Source: the human T2T-CHM13v2.0 reference genome, Homo sapiens
Reading direction: 5' to 3' (one strand)
Assembly (NCBI RefSeq): GCF_009914755.1
Contig: NC_060939.1
DNA length: 64,000 nucleotides
Each line of letters starts with the position of its first letter. The first letter of the stretch is position 1. A program made the position numbers and the translations under genes. Positions 30,830 through 44,632 of this stretch are shown here, one piece after another. The notes below the pieces were generated by a model that was given only the letters and a program-made list of their open reading frames with translations, did no database searches and was not told the origin of the DNA.

Positions 30830-31850
30830 ATGAGGAAAAACCAGCGCAACAAGGCTGAAAATTCCAAAACCAGAATGCCTCTTCTCCTCCAAAGGATCAC
30901 AACTCCATGCCAGCAAGGGAACAAAACTGGACAGAGAATGAGTTTGACGAATTGACATAAGTAGGCTTCTGAAGGTTGGTAATAACAAACTCCTTTGAGC
31001 TAAAGGAGCATATTCTAACCCAATGCAAGGAAGCTAAGGACGTTGATAAAAGGTTAGAGGAATTGCTAACTAGAATAACCAGTTTAGAGAAGAACATAAA
31101 TGACCTGATGGAGCTGAAAAATACAGCACAAGAACTTTGTGAAGCATGTACAAGTATCAATAGCCAAATTGATCAAGCAGAAGAAAGGATATCAGAGATT
31201 GAAAATCAACTTAATGAAATAAAGTGTGAAGATTAGAGAAGAAAAGAAGGAAAAGGAATGAACAAAGCCTCCAAGAAATATGAAACTATGTGAAAAGACC
31301 AAATCTACATTTGATTATGTGCCTGAAAGTGATGGGGAGAATGGAACCAAGTTGGAAAACACACTTCAGGACACTATCCAGGAGAACTTCCCCAACCTAG
31401 CAAGACAGGCCAACATCCAAATTCAGGAAATATGGAGAATACCACAAAGATACTCCTTGAGAAGAGCAACCCCAAGACACATAATCGTCCAATTCACCAA
31501 GGCTGAAATGAAGGAAAAAATGTTAAGAGCAGCCAGAGAGAAAGGTCAGGTTAGCCACAAAGGGAAGCCTATAAGACTAACAGTGGATCTCTTGGCAGAA
31601 ATCCTACAAGCCAGAAGAGAGTGGGGACCAATATTCGACATTCTTAAAGAAAAGAATTTTCAACCCACAATTTCATATCCAGCCAAACTAAGCTTCATAA
31701 GTGAAGGAGAAATAAAATCCTTTACAGACAAGCAAATGCTGAGGGATTTTGTAGCCACCAGGCAGCCTACCTTACAAGAGCTCCTGAAGGAAGCACTAAA
31801 TATGGAAGGGAAAAACCGGTACCAGCCACTGCAAAACAAACCAAAATGTA
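30830..31850 (+). pseudogene. L1 ORF1p, disrupted
   Basis: ATG at 30830; fragments LEKNINDLMELKN and IQENFPNLARQANIQIQE lie in separate ORFs. Confidence 0.9.
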
Positions 31851-31914
31851 AAGGCCATCAACACTATGAAGAAACTGTATCAACTAATGGGCAAAATAAC
31901 CAGCGAGCATCATA

Positions 31915-34900
31915 ATGACAGGATGGAATTCACACACAACAATATTAACCTTAAATGGAAACAGACTAAATGCCCCAATTAACAGGCACAGATTGGCAAA
32001 TTGGATAAAGAGTCAAGATCCATCAGTGTGCTGTATTCAGGAGACCCATCTCACATGCAAAGACACACACAGGCTCAAAATAAAGAAATGGAGGAAGATT
32101 TACCAATCAAATGGAAAACAAAATAAAGCAGGGGTTGCAATCCTAGTCTCTTATAAAACAGACTTTAAACCAACAGAGATCAAAAGAGACAAAGAAGGCC
32201 ATTACATAATGGTAAAGCGATCAATGCAACAACAAGAGCTAACTATCCTAAATATATATGCACCCAATACAGGAGCATCCAGATTCATAAAACAAGTTTG
32301 TAGAGACCTACAAAGAAACTTAGACTCCCACATAATAATAGTGGGAGACTTTTAACACCCCACTGTCAATATTAGATCAATGAGACAGAAAATTAGTAAG
32401 GATATTCAGGACTTGAACTCAGCTCTGGACCAAGTGGACCTAATAGACATCTACAGAACTCTCCACCCCAAATCAACAGAATATACATTCTTTTCAGCAC
32501 CACATAGCACTTATTCTAAAATCGACCATGTAATTGGAAGTAAAACACTTCTCAGCAAATGCAATAGAACAAAAATCATAACAAACAGTCTCTTGGACCA
32601 CAGTGCAATCAAATTAGAACTCAGGAATAAGAAACTCACTCAAAACTGCATGACTACATGGAACGAACAACCTGCTCTGAATGACTAATGGGTAAATAAC
32701 AAAATTAAGGCAGAAATGAATAAGTTATTTGAAATCAATGAGAACAAAGACACAATGTACCAGAATCTCTGGGGCACAGCTAAAGCAGTGTTTAGAGGGA
32801 AATTTATAGCACTAAATGCCCACAGGAGAAAGCGGAAAAGATCTAAAATCAACACCTTAACATCACAATTAAAAGAACTAAAGAAGCTAGAGCAAACAAA
32901 TTCGAAAGCTAGCAGAAGACAAGAAATAACTAAGATCAGAGCAGAACTGAAGGAGATAGAGATATGAAAAACCCTTTAAAAAATCAGTGAATCCAGGAGT
33001 TGGTTTTTTGACAAGATTAACAAAATAGATAGACCACTAGCCAGAGAAAAGAGAGAAAAAGATGAAAAGAAGAGAAGAAAAAAAAAAAAGAGTAGAAAAA
33101 AAAGAGAGAAGAATCAAATAGACACAATAAAAAATGATAAATGGGAAATCACCACTGATCCCACAGAAATACAAACTGCCATCAGAGAATACTGTAAATA
33201 CCTCTATGTAAATAAAGTAGAAAATCTCGAAGAAATGGATAAATTCCTGGACACATACATCCTCCTAAGACTAAACCAGGAAGAAGTCGAATCCCTGAAT
33301 AGACCAATAACAAGTGAAATTGAGGCAGTAATTAATAGCCTAGCAACCAAAAAAAGCCCAGGACCAGAGAGATTCACAGCCAAATTCTACCAGAGGTACA
33401 AAGAGGAGATGGTACCATTCCTTCTGAATCTATTCCAAACAACAGAAAAAGAAAGACTCCTCCCTAACTCATTTTATGAGGCCAGCATCATCCGGATACC
33501 AAACCTGGAAGAGACACACACACAAAAAGAAAATTTCAGGCCAACATCCCTGATGAACTTTGATATGAAAATCCTCAATGAAATACTGGCAAACAAAATC
33601 CAGCTGCACATCAAAAAGCGTATCTATCCCAATCAAGTCAGCTTCATCCCTAGGATGCAAGGCTGGTTCAACATATGCAAATCAATAAATGTAATTCATC
33701 ACATAAACAGAACCAGTGACAAAAACCACATGATTGTTTCAATAGATGCAGAAAAGGCCTTTGATAAAATTCAACACCCCTTCATGCTGAAAACACTCAA
33801 TAAACTAGATATTGATGGAATATCTCTCAAAATAATAAGAGCTATTTATGACAAACCCACATTCAATACCATACCTAATGGACAAAAGCTGGATGCATTC
33901 CCTTTGAAAACCGGCACAAGTCAAGGATGCCCTCTCTCACCACTCCTATTCAACATAGTATTGGACGTTCTGGCTGGGGCATTCTGTCAAGAGAAAGAAA
34001 TAAAGCATATTCAAGTAGGAAGAGAGGAAGTCAAATTATCTCTGTTTGCAGATGACATGATTGTGTATTTAGAAAACCCCATCGTCTCAGCCCCAAAACT
34101 TTCCTTAAGTTGATAAGCAACTTTGGCAAAGTCTCTGGATACAAAATCAATATGCAAAAATCACAAGCATTCCTGTACACCAATAATAGACAAACAGAGA
34201 GCCAAATCATGAGCAACCTCCCATTCACAATTGCTACAAAGATAATAAAATACCTAAAAATACAACTTACGAGGGATGTGAAGGACCTCTTAAAGGAGAA
34301 CTACAAACCACTGCTCAAGGAAATAAGAGAGGACACAAACAAATGGAAAAACATTCCATGCTCATGGATAGGAAGAATCAATATTGTGAATTTTCATGAA
34401 TTTCATGAATTTGGCCAAACTGTCCAAAGTAATTTATAGATTCAATGCTATTCCCATCAAGCTACCATTAACTTTCTCCACAGAATTAGAAAAAACTACT
34501 TTAAATTTCATATGGAACCAAAAAAGAGCCCGTATAGCCAAGACAATCTTAAGGAAAAAGAACAAAGCTGGAGACATCAGGCTACCTGACTTCAAACTAT
34601 ACTACAAGGCTACAGTGACCAAAACAGCATGGTACTGGTACCAAAACAGATATATAGATCAATGGAATAGAACAGAGGCCTCAGAAATAACACCACACAT
34701 CTACAACCATCTGATCTTTGGCAAACCTGACAAAAGCAAGCAATGGAGAAAGGATTCCCTGTTTAATAAATGGTGTTGGGAAAACTGACTAGCCATAAGC
34801 AGAAAACTGAAACTGGACTCCTTCCTTACACCTTATACAAAAATTAACTCAAGATGGATTGACGATTTAAATGTAAGACCTAAAACCATAAAAACCCTAG

Positions 34901-35836
34901 AAGAAAACCTAGGCAGTACCATTTAGGACACAGGCATGGGCAAAGAATTCATGACTTAAACAACGAATTTAGAACAATGGCAACAAAAGCCAAAATTGAC
35001 AAATGGAACCTAATTAAACTAAAGAGCTTCTGCCCAGCAAAAGAAACTATCATCAGAGTGAACAGGCAACCTACAGAATTGGGAGAAAATTTTTGAATCT
35101 ATCCATCTGACAAAGGGCTAATATCAAGAATCTACAAGGAACTTACAAGAAATTTACAAGAAATTTATTTAAGAAAACTTAAAGAAATTTACAAGAAAAA
35201 AACAAAGAACTCCATCAAAAAGTGGGTGAAGGATATGAACAGACACTTTTCAAAAGAAGATATTTATGCGGCCAATAAACATGTGAGAAAAAGCTCATCA
35301 TCACTGGTCATTAGAGAAATGCAAATCAAAACCAAAATGAGATACCATCTCATGCCAGTTAGAATGGTGATCATTAAAAAGTTAGGAAACAACAGATACT
35401 GGAGAGGATGTGGAGAAATAGGAAAGATTTTACACTGTTGGTGGGAGTGTAAATTAGTTCAACCATTGTGGAAGACAGTGTGGTGACTCCTCAAGGATCT
35501 AGAACTAGAAATACCATTTGACCCAGCAATCCCATTACTGGGTATATACTCAAAGGATTATAAATCATTCTGCTATAAAGACACATGCACATGTATGTTT
35601 ATTGCAGCACAATTCACAATAGCAAAGACTTGGAACCAACCCAAATGCCCATTATTGTTAGACTGGGTAAAGAAAATGTGGCACATATGCACCATGGAAT
35701 ACTATGCAGCCATAAAAAACATGAGTTCATGTCCTTTGCAGGGACATGGATGAAGCTGGAAAACATCATTCTCAGCAAACTAACACGGGAACAGAAAACC
35801 AAACACTGCATGTTGTCACTCATAAGTGGGACTTGA
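31915..35836 (+). pseudogene. L1 ORF2p (EN/RT), disrupted
   Basis: CCIQETHL (EN), [13 protein letters not shown] and LFADDMIVY (RT), [13 protein letters not shown]; multiple stops and frameshifts. Confidence 0.93.
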
Positions 35837-36033
35837 ACAATGAGAACACATGGACACAGGGAGGAGAACATCACACACCAGGGCCTGTCAGGGGATGGGG
35901 GGCTAGTGGAGGGATAGCATTAGGAGAAATACCTAACGTAGATGATGGGTTGATAGGTGCAGCAAATCACCATGGCACGTGTGTACCTATGTAACAAACC
36001 TGCTCGTACTGCACATGTATCCCAGAACTTAAA

Positions 36034-36080
36034 GTATATATATATATAAAATGTATGTATGTATGTATATATATGTATAC
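36034..36080. repeat. (TA)n/(TATG)n microsatellite in place of the L1 poly-A tail
   Basis: Directly visible. Confidence 0.85.
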
Positions 36081-36695
36081 ATTCAAAAACCAATCAATAT
36101 AATTCATCACATGAAAAAAAGAAAAACAGCTTTATCATCAACTCATTAGGAGTAGAAGCATTTGAAAAAATCTAATATGCATTCCTGATGAAATGCACTC
36201 AGAAAACTAAGACAAGAAGGGAACTTTGTCAATCTGATGAAGGGCGTGTATGAAAACCTACAGCAAACACTAACTTCATTGTGGGAGACTAAATGCTTTC
36301 TCTGTCACGTCAGGAACCAGGCCAGAACATTATTGCCATTTCTATTCAGCATTGTACTGGAGGTTCTTGCTGATGAAATAAAGCAAGAAACAGAAATAAA
36401 AGGCATCCAGACTGGCAAGAAAAAAGTAAAATTCTCTTTATTTAGAGACAGCAATACTGTCTATGTAAAAAATCTGAGGGAGTCACTTTAAAGAGCTACT
36501 AGAACTAATTAGTGAGTTTAGTACTATTTCAAAATACAGGTCAATATACAAAAGTCAACTGCATTTCTACATACCAGCAACAATGAGAAATTGAAATTTT
36601 AAAATTAGCATTTACAGTAACACCCCTAAATATAAAATAATAGGAATAAATCTGACAAAAGGTATACAAGGTCTCTACACTGGAAACTGAAAACT

Positions 36696-36996
<301 letters not shown>

Positions 36997-37037
36997 CCCG
37001 AAAACTACTGCTGAGAGAAATGTTAAAAGACTTAAGC

Positions 37038-37255
37038 TAGTGGTTTTCAGTCAGTTTTTGGTTTTTTTTTTTTTTTGCTTCAGGGGACATTTGGCAATGT
37101 CTGGAAACATTTTTGGTTGTCACACCTGGGGATGGGGAAAACAAGTTATGCAACTGGAATCTGATGAGTAGAGGCCAGGGATGCTGCTGAACAGTTCCCC
37201 ACAACAAAAAGTTACTCAGTCCAAAATGTCAACGTGCCAAGGCTGAGAAACCCTG
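37038..37255 (+). mobile_element. MER20 hAT-Charlie DNA transposon
   Basis: CAGGGGACATTTGGCAATGTCTGGAAACATTTTTGGTTGTCACA...GAGAAACCCTG. Confidence 0.88.
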
Positions 37256-38375
37256 GCAATGATGCACAGTGGAGAGGTAAACAGTGTTTATGGGCCAGAA
37301 GACTTAACATTGTTAGGGTAGCAATTCTCCACAAATCTATAAATTCAATGCAGTTCCAATCAAATTCCCAGAAGGCTTTTTTTTGTGTGTGTATATTACC
37401 AAGCCAGTTCTAAACTTCTTAAGGAAATGAAAAGGTCCTAAAATAGCTGAAACTCGTTTGAAAAAGAATAACAAATTTGATAAACTAACACTACATGACT
37501 TTAAGCCTTATTATAAAACCACAGGTTAAGACAGTGTGACATTGACTGCAACATAGCCATGTGGAACAGGAGAGTCTAGATATGAACCAACATATGTATA
37601 CAGACAATTGATTTTCAGCAAGGATGCAAAGTCAACTCAGCAGGGAAAGGATAGTTTTTTCTTATTTAACAAATGGTGTTTAACAATTGGGTATGCATAT
37701 GTAGAAAATGAACTTTCATTTATATCTCACAGTATATGCAAATGTTAACTCAAAATGTATCATAAGTCTAAATGTGATACCTAAAGCTATAAAGCTTCTA
37801 GAAAAAAATATAAGGAAAATTCTTGAGGACCTTTGGTCAGGAAAAGATTTCTTAAATACAATACCAAATGCATAACCCATAAGAGAAAAATAATTTGGGC
37901 TTCATCAAAATTAAAACCTTATACTCTCTGAAAAACTGCTGAGAGAATAAAAGAGAAGCCAAGGAATAGGAGGGAAAAGTTACAAAGCGAAGCATATATC
38001 TTATAATGGATTTGTATCCAAAATATGTGAAGAACTCTCAAAACACAATAAGAAACAAACCAATTAAAATGGACAGAAGATGTAAACAGGCAAGTAAACA
38101 TAAGGAAAGATGCTTAATATCATTAATTAATAATAAAATACCAATTGTAACTAAAAGAAATACCACTACACAACTCTTAGAATGGCTAAAATTTGAAAGA
38201 TTGACCACACCAAGTATTGGAGAATATGTGGAGGAATTGAAATTCTCAAACACAAATGGTAAAATGTGCAATGGTGAAACTAGTTTGAAAAACAGTTTGG
38301 TAGTTTCATAAAAAGTTAAACATATACCACCATAAGATCCTTTCTTGTGTCTTTAGCCAAGAAAAATGAAAGCAT

Positions 38376-38408
38376 TTCACTTTTCGGCCTTTTAGCTAAG
38401 ATCAAGTG
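38376..38408 (+). pseudogene. U2 snRNA 5' fragment retrocopy (nt 1-33)
   Basis: TTCACTTTTCGGCCTTTTAGCTAAGATCAAGTG vs U2 ATCGCTTCTCGGCCTTTTGGCTAAGATCAAGTG (29/33); TSD AAAAATGAAAGCA. Confidence 0.9.
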
Positions 38409-38949
38409 AAAAATGAAAGCACAGAAGTATGCAAAGACTTGTGCATGGATGTTCATAGCAGCTTTATATTCAAGAGTCAAAAAGTAGAAACAACCCAAAT
38501 GTCTATCAACAGGTGAATGGATAACAAATTGTTGTGTAGTCATACAATGCATACAACTCGGTGATAAAACTGAGCTGCTGATCACACAACAACATGGATG
38601 AATCTTATATACCTATGCTGAGTCAAAGGGTAGAGAAAAAAGAGTGTGTACTATTTGATTTCATTTATATAAGATTTTAGAAAATGCAAACTTATCCCTA
38701 GTGTATCAATTGTTGAAAGCACATTTGTTGTTGCTTGGAGACAGGATTGGAAGGCTTAGAGTGGGGTGGAGATATTATAAAGTGATGCTAGTAAAATTTT
38801 GGTGGGGACGAATGTTTTCTATTTTGATTGTGAAGATTGTTTCATGATGTCAAAGTTTATTAAATTACACACTTTAAATATGTGCGGTTTTTGTGTGTCA
38901 TTTATAATTTAAAAATGCCATTTAGAAAATAAAATAGAATTGTTGAAAG

Positions 38950-40580
38950 ATAAAAACAATTTCCCAGAAAACATAGCTAACAGACAAAAAAAAAATCTAG
39001 AACAGGACAGAAAGACTATATATTAAGAATCAAACCATTAAGTGCAAAATCAGACTAGTAAGAGGCAGAAGAAATTTTCTAAAAAGTAATAGAAGAAAAA
39101 TGTTTAGAGCTAAGAGATGCAGATCTTTAGGATGAGAGTTTCGCTCAGGATCCAACACCATAAACAAAAGATTCATACTAAATTCACCTTTATGAAATAC
39201 CAGAAAAACCTCACTTGGCCAGGGTTGGTTGGGTGGGGATAGTGAGGAAGTGAGAAGTTGGGGGTGAGTAACCTATAAGCAAATAGGATCATCTGACATC
39301 AAGCCTGTTATCAGCATCATTGAATGATAAAATACAATGGTGCAAGGATTTCAAAGTTCTAGGGAGATTACTTTCCAACACACAAGTCAATACCTTGCTA
39401 ACTACCAATTAAACATGAAGGACCAAAGGAAGAGTCAAGAGACGCATGAAGCCTCAAAACCTCCGGTCACCTATGCTCTTCCTGAGACATTAACTGAAGA
39501 TGAAATTAGGCAAAATGGGGACAAAACCAGAAAAAAGGAAAAACATGAACGATATTTAAAAATTACGGAATATAGGAGTTTAGTGAAAATAAATCACGGG
39601 ATGAGATTTATAACGAGGAATTAGTTTGCAACAATCCTAATTTGTACGGGAAGTTAGTCAATGCCAAGAAGAATATTTTCATGAAGGAAAATGGAAAAGG
39701 TTCCCAATAATAAATTTAATGACTGAAGTGGTGGTAATATTATGCACACAGTCAAGAAAGCACATACGTCTCTCTTCATTAAAAAAGAATGCAAATTAGA
39801 AACCCCAGAATAGATATTTGTGGGTGACAGAGTGAAATGAAACCTAAGAAGGTCTTGATGCAAACATAAATGTCATGTGGTTTGGATCAACTGAAGGAAT
39901 GTAAGAAAAATAATTCATTTGACTTCAATCTTAGGAATATAGCCCAAAGTTGAGACATTGGACTTCTAAAGGTGAGAAAGAAACCCAAGCAAACTGCTTA
40001 GCTCTGCTTTCAATAATATTTATATAATCTTAATAACATCACAGTTGTTAATTTGTTTGTAACTTTTAGAGTTTATTTATAAGTAAACCCCTCAAGGCTG
40101 AAGTATAGTTAGAGTGCCAAATGTAAAAGTTCTGGATCTTGACAACGAAGTAACAGCTGATAGAACATCTCTTTTTTCACATGCCATCAACAAATTCCAC
40201 TTTCCAGGCTAAAAGCACTACAGTATTTCTGTTCTTCTTCTTCTTCTAATGTTTATCTTTACACATTCAAACAAAATACTAAACCTTGAACCATACTTAC
40301 ATAGTACAGCTCAATAATGTGGGTTGTTGTTAGTTTTCAACTTTTAGGATCAATCTGTAAACATAATATTAAATACTGAAATATAATTTTATGATCTCAG
40401 TGTAAATGCTTTCCACCTAGATAATGTAAAACTATAGTTACAGCAAACAGAAGGTGGGAGGTGGAAAAGAGAAAGAGAAACACATGGAAGGATGGGGGCA
40501 TTGTATCTTTATCTAAAAAAATGGGAAGTCAAGAGACAAATTCCCATATCTAGTGAAATAAGAAATGGAGATGCAGGTTA
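38950..40580 (+). mobile_element. HAL1/ancient L1 ORF1-like remnant
   Basis: Degenerate ORF1-like A-rich sequence followed by segments recalled as HAL1 3' region (CAACTTTTAGGATCAATCTGTA...TGTAAATGCTTTCCACCTAGATAATGT). Confidence 0.45.
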
Positions 40581-42000
40581 TGAAGACATTTTCCTAAAAT
40601 CAGCTGGTTATGAGAGCCACTAACTAGTTTCCTATTTGGTTTCAAGATGCACAGACCCACACCCACACCCAACTTGCCATTTCAATGAATTGCATTTTAC
40701 TTACAAGTACCCTCTACATTGCTTGCCTGTTGATTCTAACTGGAACTTGTTTCTATAAAAGCCAAGGGCCATGAAGCACAAGTCCCTCTAATGCCAGGAG
40801 TACCTCAATCAATAACCATTACTGGTTTAGCAACATGGGGCTGCGTGTCCTACCTTAAAAATGGTATCACAGGTTCCAAAGAGTCTGTCTTCTTTGAAGA
40901 ATAATGTTCCCATTCATAGGAGGGCTCATAAACCCTATCCTTTAGAAGCCAGTAAAAAGGAAGTTAGAGCAGAAATTGTAAGACGTGTCACACGTGGGTG
41001 TGAGCAGGGCAGTGATGAGACAGGAGTGAGGAGGCTGTGCAGACATGGTCTGGGTATCACTGGGCCCCACATGCAGGGAGGCTTCCTCCACCAATTAAAA
41101 GAAGAATACTCTTTAAAGAAAAAGCTTTTAGAAATCCAGTCAGTATTTGAAAATCCTTTCTTCTGTGGTTATGGTAATTTAAGATTGTCCCCTGGGATGG
41201 ATAAGGTTTTAACCTAGTGAAATGGGTGAGAACTGTCCCCATTCGTGATGTTCCAGCCTTAGACGAAGAATTAGTGTGGAATATGTCCAAGTTGGGGTCC
41301 CCAAGTAGACCAGAAATGTAAAAAACTTGTCCAAACAATGGAAAAAAAGAATGAAAACAGGACCTGTAAACAATTCCCAAAGAATCTGCATTATTTTGCT
41401 TAACAGTTAGGAAATTTGGAGGTAAGCCTGAGGACATTTTGTGAGACTTAAACCACCATTGGGGAACCTTCCTTTTAAGGTGTTTGCAGGTGAACCAACA
41501 GCTTCTCTGGAGGCCTAGAAATATATTTCTCAATAAAAGTTCTACCTAAAGTGTCCAAGGATCTGAATTAATTAATTAATTAGTTCTGAGACATTGCTTG
41601 GTACTTTCTCACTGGAGAAAAAAAACAAAGAAATTGCCTAAAGAACTCAAGATAAGGATCAATACCACCTTGGCCAGAGCTTATAGGTAGGGTGGCTCCC
41701 TGACTTTTAATATAAAAATATTACTTGCTTAAAATACCTATTTGAAGACAGGGACAAGTTAGATCTCTGTGTGTCTAGTTGTCCTTTGAAGTTGAGGATA
41801 AATTGTGATTTTCGTTTTTTTAAGTCATAGTTCAATTGATCTCACATGCAGTCAACTTCGGGCTTATTTTTTTTTACTTTCAGCATAACCCAAAAGGGCA
41901 TGTGCAAGAATGACTAGAATTAAAATAACCACACCATCTTCACAAGATAGCCAAGGAAGAAAAAAAAATCAGTCTTCACATTTAGGTCAGTTACTCCTTT

Positions 42001-42006
42001 TTTAAT
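42001..42006 (-). terminator. GABRB3: Distal polyadenylation signal ATTAAA
   Basis: Plus-strand TTTAAT; U-rich sequence downstream on the minus strand (41950-41970). Confidence 0.6.
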
Positions 42007-43627
42007 AAATTTGAATTCATTCATCAACAAGTTTCATATTGTATCTATCACTCAATTTTGCTGTTTTTTCATGTCAAATAATACCAAAAAATTACATCAA
42101 TGTGCTTAAGCAAAACTGGGTTTAAATTTATCTTTACAATAAAATGAAATCAACATGAGAATTGATTATGACAGCAATCGCCTATTCCTACTAGAATAAT
42201 CCTGTACTTACCTTAAACACACTCACTGACTTGTGAAGTAGAAACATGAGACAAACGTGACAAAACATGTTCATGGGGTTGGTCCTAGGGAGAGGCATAC
42301 GGGAGCCACTCTCTGGAAGGTCATTGTTTACCCAGGTGTTGGGAATTTAGTATTTCAGGAAAACATGGCGCCTTTCAATGCAGTAGAAGAGGTAATCAAT
42401 CCAAGGCACACTAGCTAGTGTCCTGGAAAAATTTAATTCACCTGGGCAGCTCTTTGCCCCAAGATTCGATGTTACTCTAATGGCTCACACTGACAGCCAG
42501 AGTCAATTCCAAGAGTAACAAAATGTTTCACCAATTGTTCAGTTTTGCTTACATAAAATGGCCAGAAATATGAACTGGTTTTCAGGTGGAGAGTTAAAAT
42601 AAGAATTAAGTGATGGTTTATACTTTCAAGCCAGGAGATTCAAAGTTGGACACATTCTTGTTAGAATACACCAATGGTGGGACAAACACCAATGGATTAT
42701 CTACTAGATGCTGAAAATGAACACCTACAACTGCAATGTGCCTGTCCCCTTAAAACCAGCCCCAGACTCGTTTGGCATCACCTTTGAGATGATCTCCTCA
42801 GTAAAAATGTCAACGCTGTGTTTGGACAAGAGAGAAGTGCCTTTCAGGGAGTGACTGAACATGTCAAAGTTCTGGGTGCTGGCGTTAAAAACACAATATT
42901 GCAGATGTACAGGTAGCTTCCAAATCTAATGGAAATATTATCATGACATACTTTCTAGTTCGTTTGAGATTCAGGGGAAATGGATGTCGCATGGTATAGA
43001 CAGTGAAACCCCTCCACAGTCCCGGGGTTGGTGAACAGGAATAACACTTGTTTTAAGGACTACTCAAGTCTATCAGTCTTTCTCTGTAGGGAGTTATGTA
43101 GCAGGGCTCTTCCATTATCTCAAGGATATCTGAATATGGGTAATAACAAACTGTCATAACAAGATTCTTCTGTAGATCTTGAGCCCCTGTGGCGCATTTT
43201 GGAAAGACAGGACTACTGAGAAAATTAACTCTTTATTACTTTCAATTGTTAAGAAAGAAATCTCATTATATCCCCAATGATAACGTTTCTGTCCTTACTC
43301 AAGAGGTCTGGGTGTGGGTAACAGCCACCTCCCAACAACGTCAGAGGTCCGGGTTCAGAATTCCTCAACGCGACTCAGTCACTGGCTCAAATAACTACTG
43401 TGGAGTAACGAGAGGTCATTTTAACACAACAGAGACTCCAATTCAACTCTCTTCTGTTAACACAGTCAGAGTTCTCTTCTCAATGCTCTCACAAGTTTTA
43501 AAAATGGAGAAGCTATAAAATAATTTTGTTAGAAGAAAAGTAATTTTCTTCTGAAATGGAGTAAAGCAAACACATACCCAAGGATCTTAAAAAGTTTTTT
43601 TTTGTTTTTACAGAATATATGTATGTA

Positions 43628-43630
<3 letters not shown>

Positions 43631-43658
<28 letters not shown>
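43631..43658. repeat. (GT)14 microsatellite, (CA)n in the mRNA
   Basis: Directly visible. Confidence 0.97.
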
Positions 43659-43660
<2 letters not shown>

Positions 43661-44626
43661 TTACAAACACTATTTATAGTATAGCTAATATGTTAACTTC
43701 ATCGCAGTGTCTACAAAGTTGTGGATCCCAGTCTTGGTGCCAAATGCATATAAAAAGCTCAAAAGCTATTATGACTATACCATGCAAATTTATATCCAGA
43801 AAACCTTGGGAAGGAGACTGCAGCTCTTTGGAGCCCCATGGGGTCTCTGCCTTTGATATTTGGGTACCTCAACTATGCATCAAAAAAGTTTTAAATCACT
43901 TTTCTCCCAGAAAGAATTAATGTCACAGTTCTGAATAGTATAAATTATACACTTAAATAGACCATTGACTGTTTTTGTCCACATCCATTTACATTTTGGG
44001 GTCCCTCTTCTGCATGTGGACCTCACACCTTTAATTACTGGATACAGAAAAAGATACCTGAAGTATTGAAAGGGATAAGGTCTTTGCAAATGTATTTTTT
44101 TTCTTTAACATGATAATAATGATAAGGCCACTTAACAAGGTTTTTCCCAATCTGTTTAACTTTTAGGATCCCCCATTGTTACCCATGGAAAAAATGGTCA
44201 GAGAAAAGCCAAAGCCAAAGAAATCCCTGGCTAGTCTCCAGATGAAAATAAAACCAGAGAGCAGCGATTAGGAGGAAAAAGATAGGAATGAAAGAGGGAA
44301 AAGGGTCTAAAAGTAGGTAATTGCCTCTAGCGTGAGATTTTGTGGATTATGTTTTATCTGATGGTGGGTTTTGAACTGTTGCAGATGCCCACAAATTAAA
44401 GGTTGTTACGGCCACCAAAGAAAAATCAAGTAGTGGTCAGCTCATGGGGATAGTCCACACCACACGCATCCTCGGGGAGGGTGGTGCCTCTACCTACATC
44501 GAGACAACTGGGGCCTACCATTGGAGCACTCTGGTCCTTGGTTTTGGATAGAACAGAGAGGGTGAGGCATACGTGGCATTTTGGGATAAAGTATTAATTT
44601 AGCAGTTCTTCCTGCAAATTTTGCTT

Positions 44627-44632
44627 TTTATT
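44627..44632 (-). terminator. GABRB3: Candidate proximal polyadenylation signal AATAAA
   Basis: Plus-strand TTTATT about 1.6 kb past the stop codon. Confidence 0.45.

Larger units (their letters stand above)
29485..36037 (+). mobile_element. Full-length (~6.5 kb) LINE-1, L1PA7/8-like, inactive
   Basis: 5' GGCAAGATGGCTGAATAGAAACAGCTC; ORF1 and ORF2 fragments in track; 3'UTR ending CCCAGAACTTAAAGTAT. Confidence 0.95.

Noticed and set aside
30976-35836. L1 ORF fragments as functional genes or an active L1
   Set aside because: Both ORFs are broken by many stops and frameshifts, and the 5'UTR is CpG-decayed
43633-43920. 95-aa plus-strand ORF in the 3'UTR
   Set aside because: Starts in the GT repeat at a non-ATG codon and has no recognisable homology
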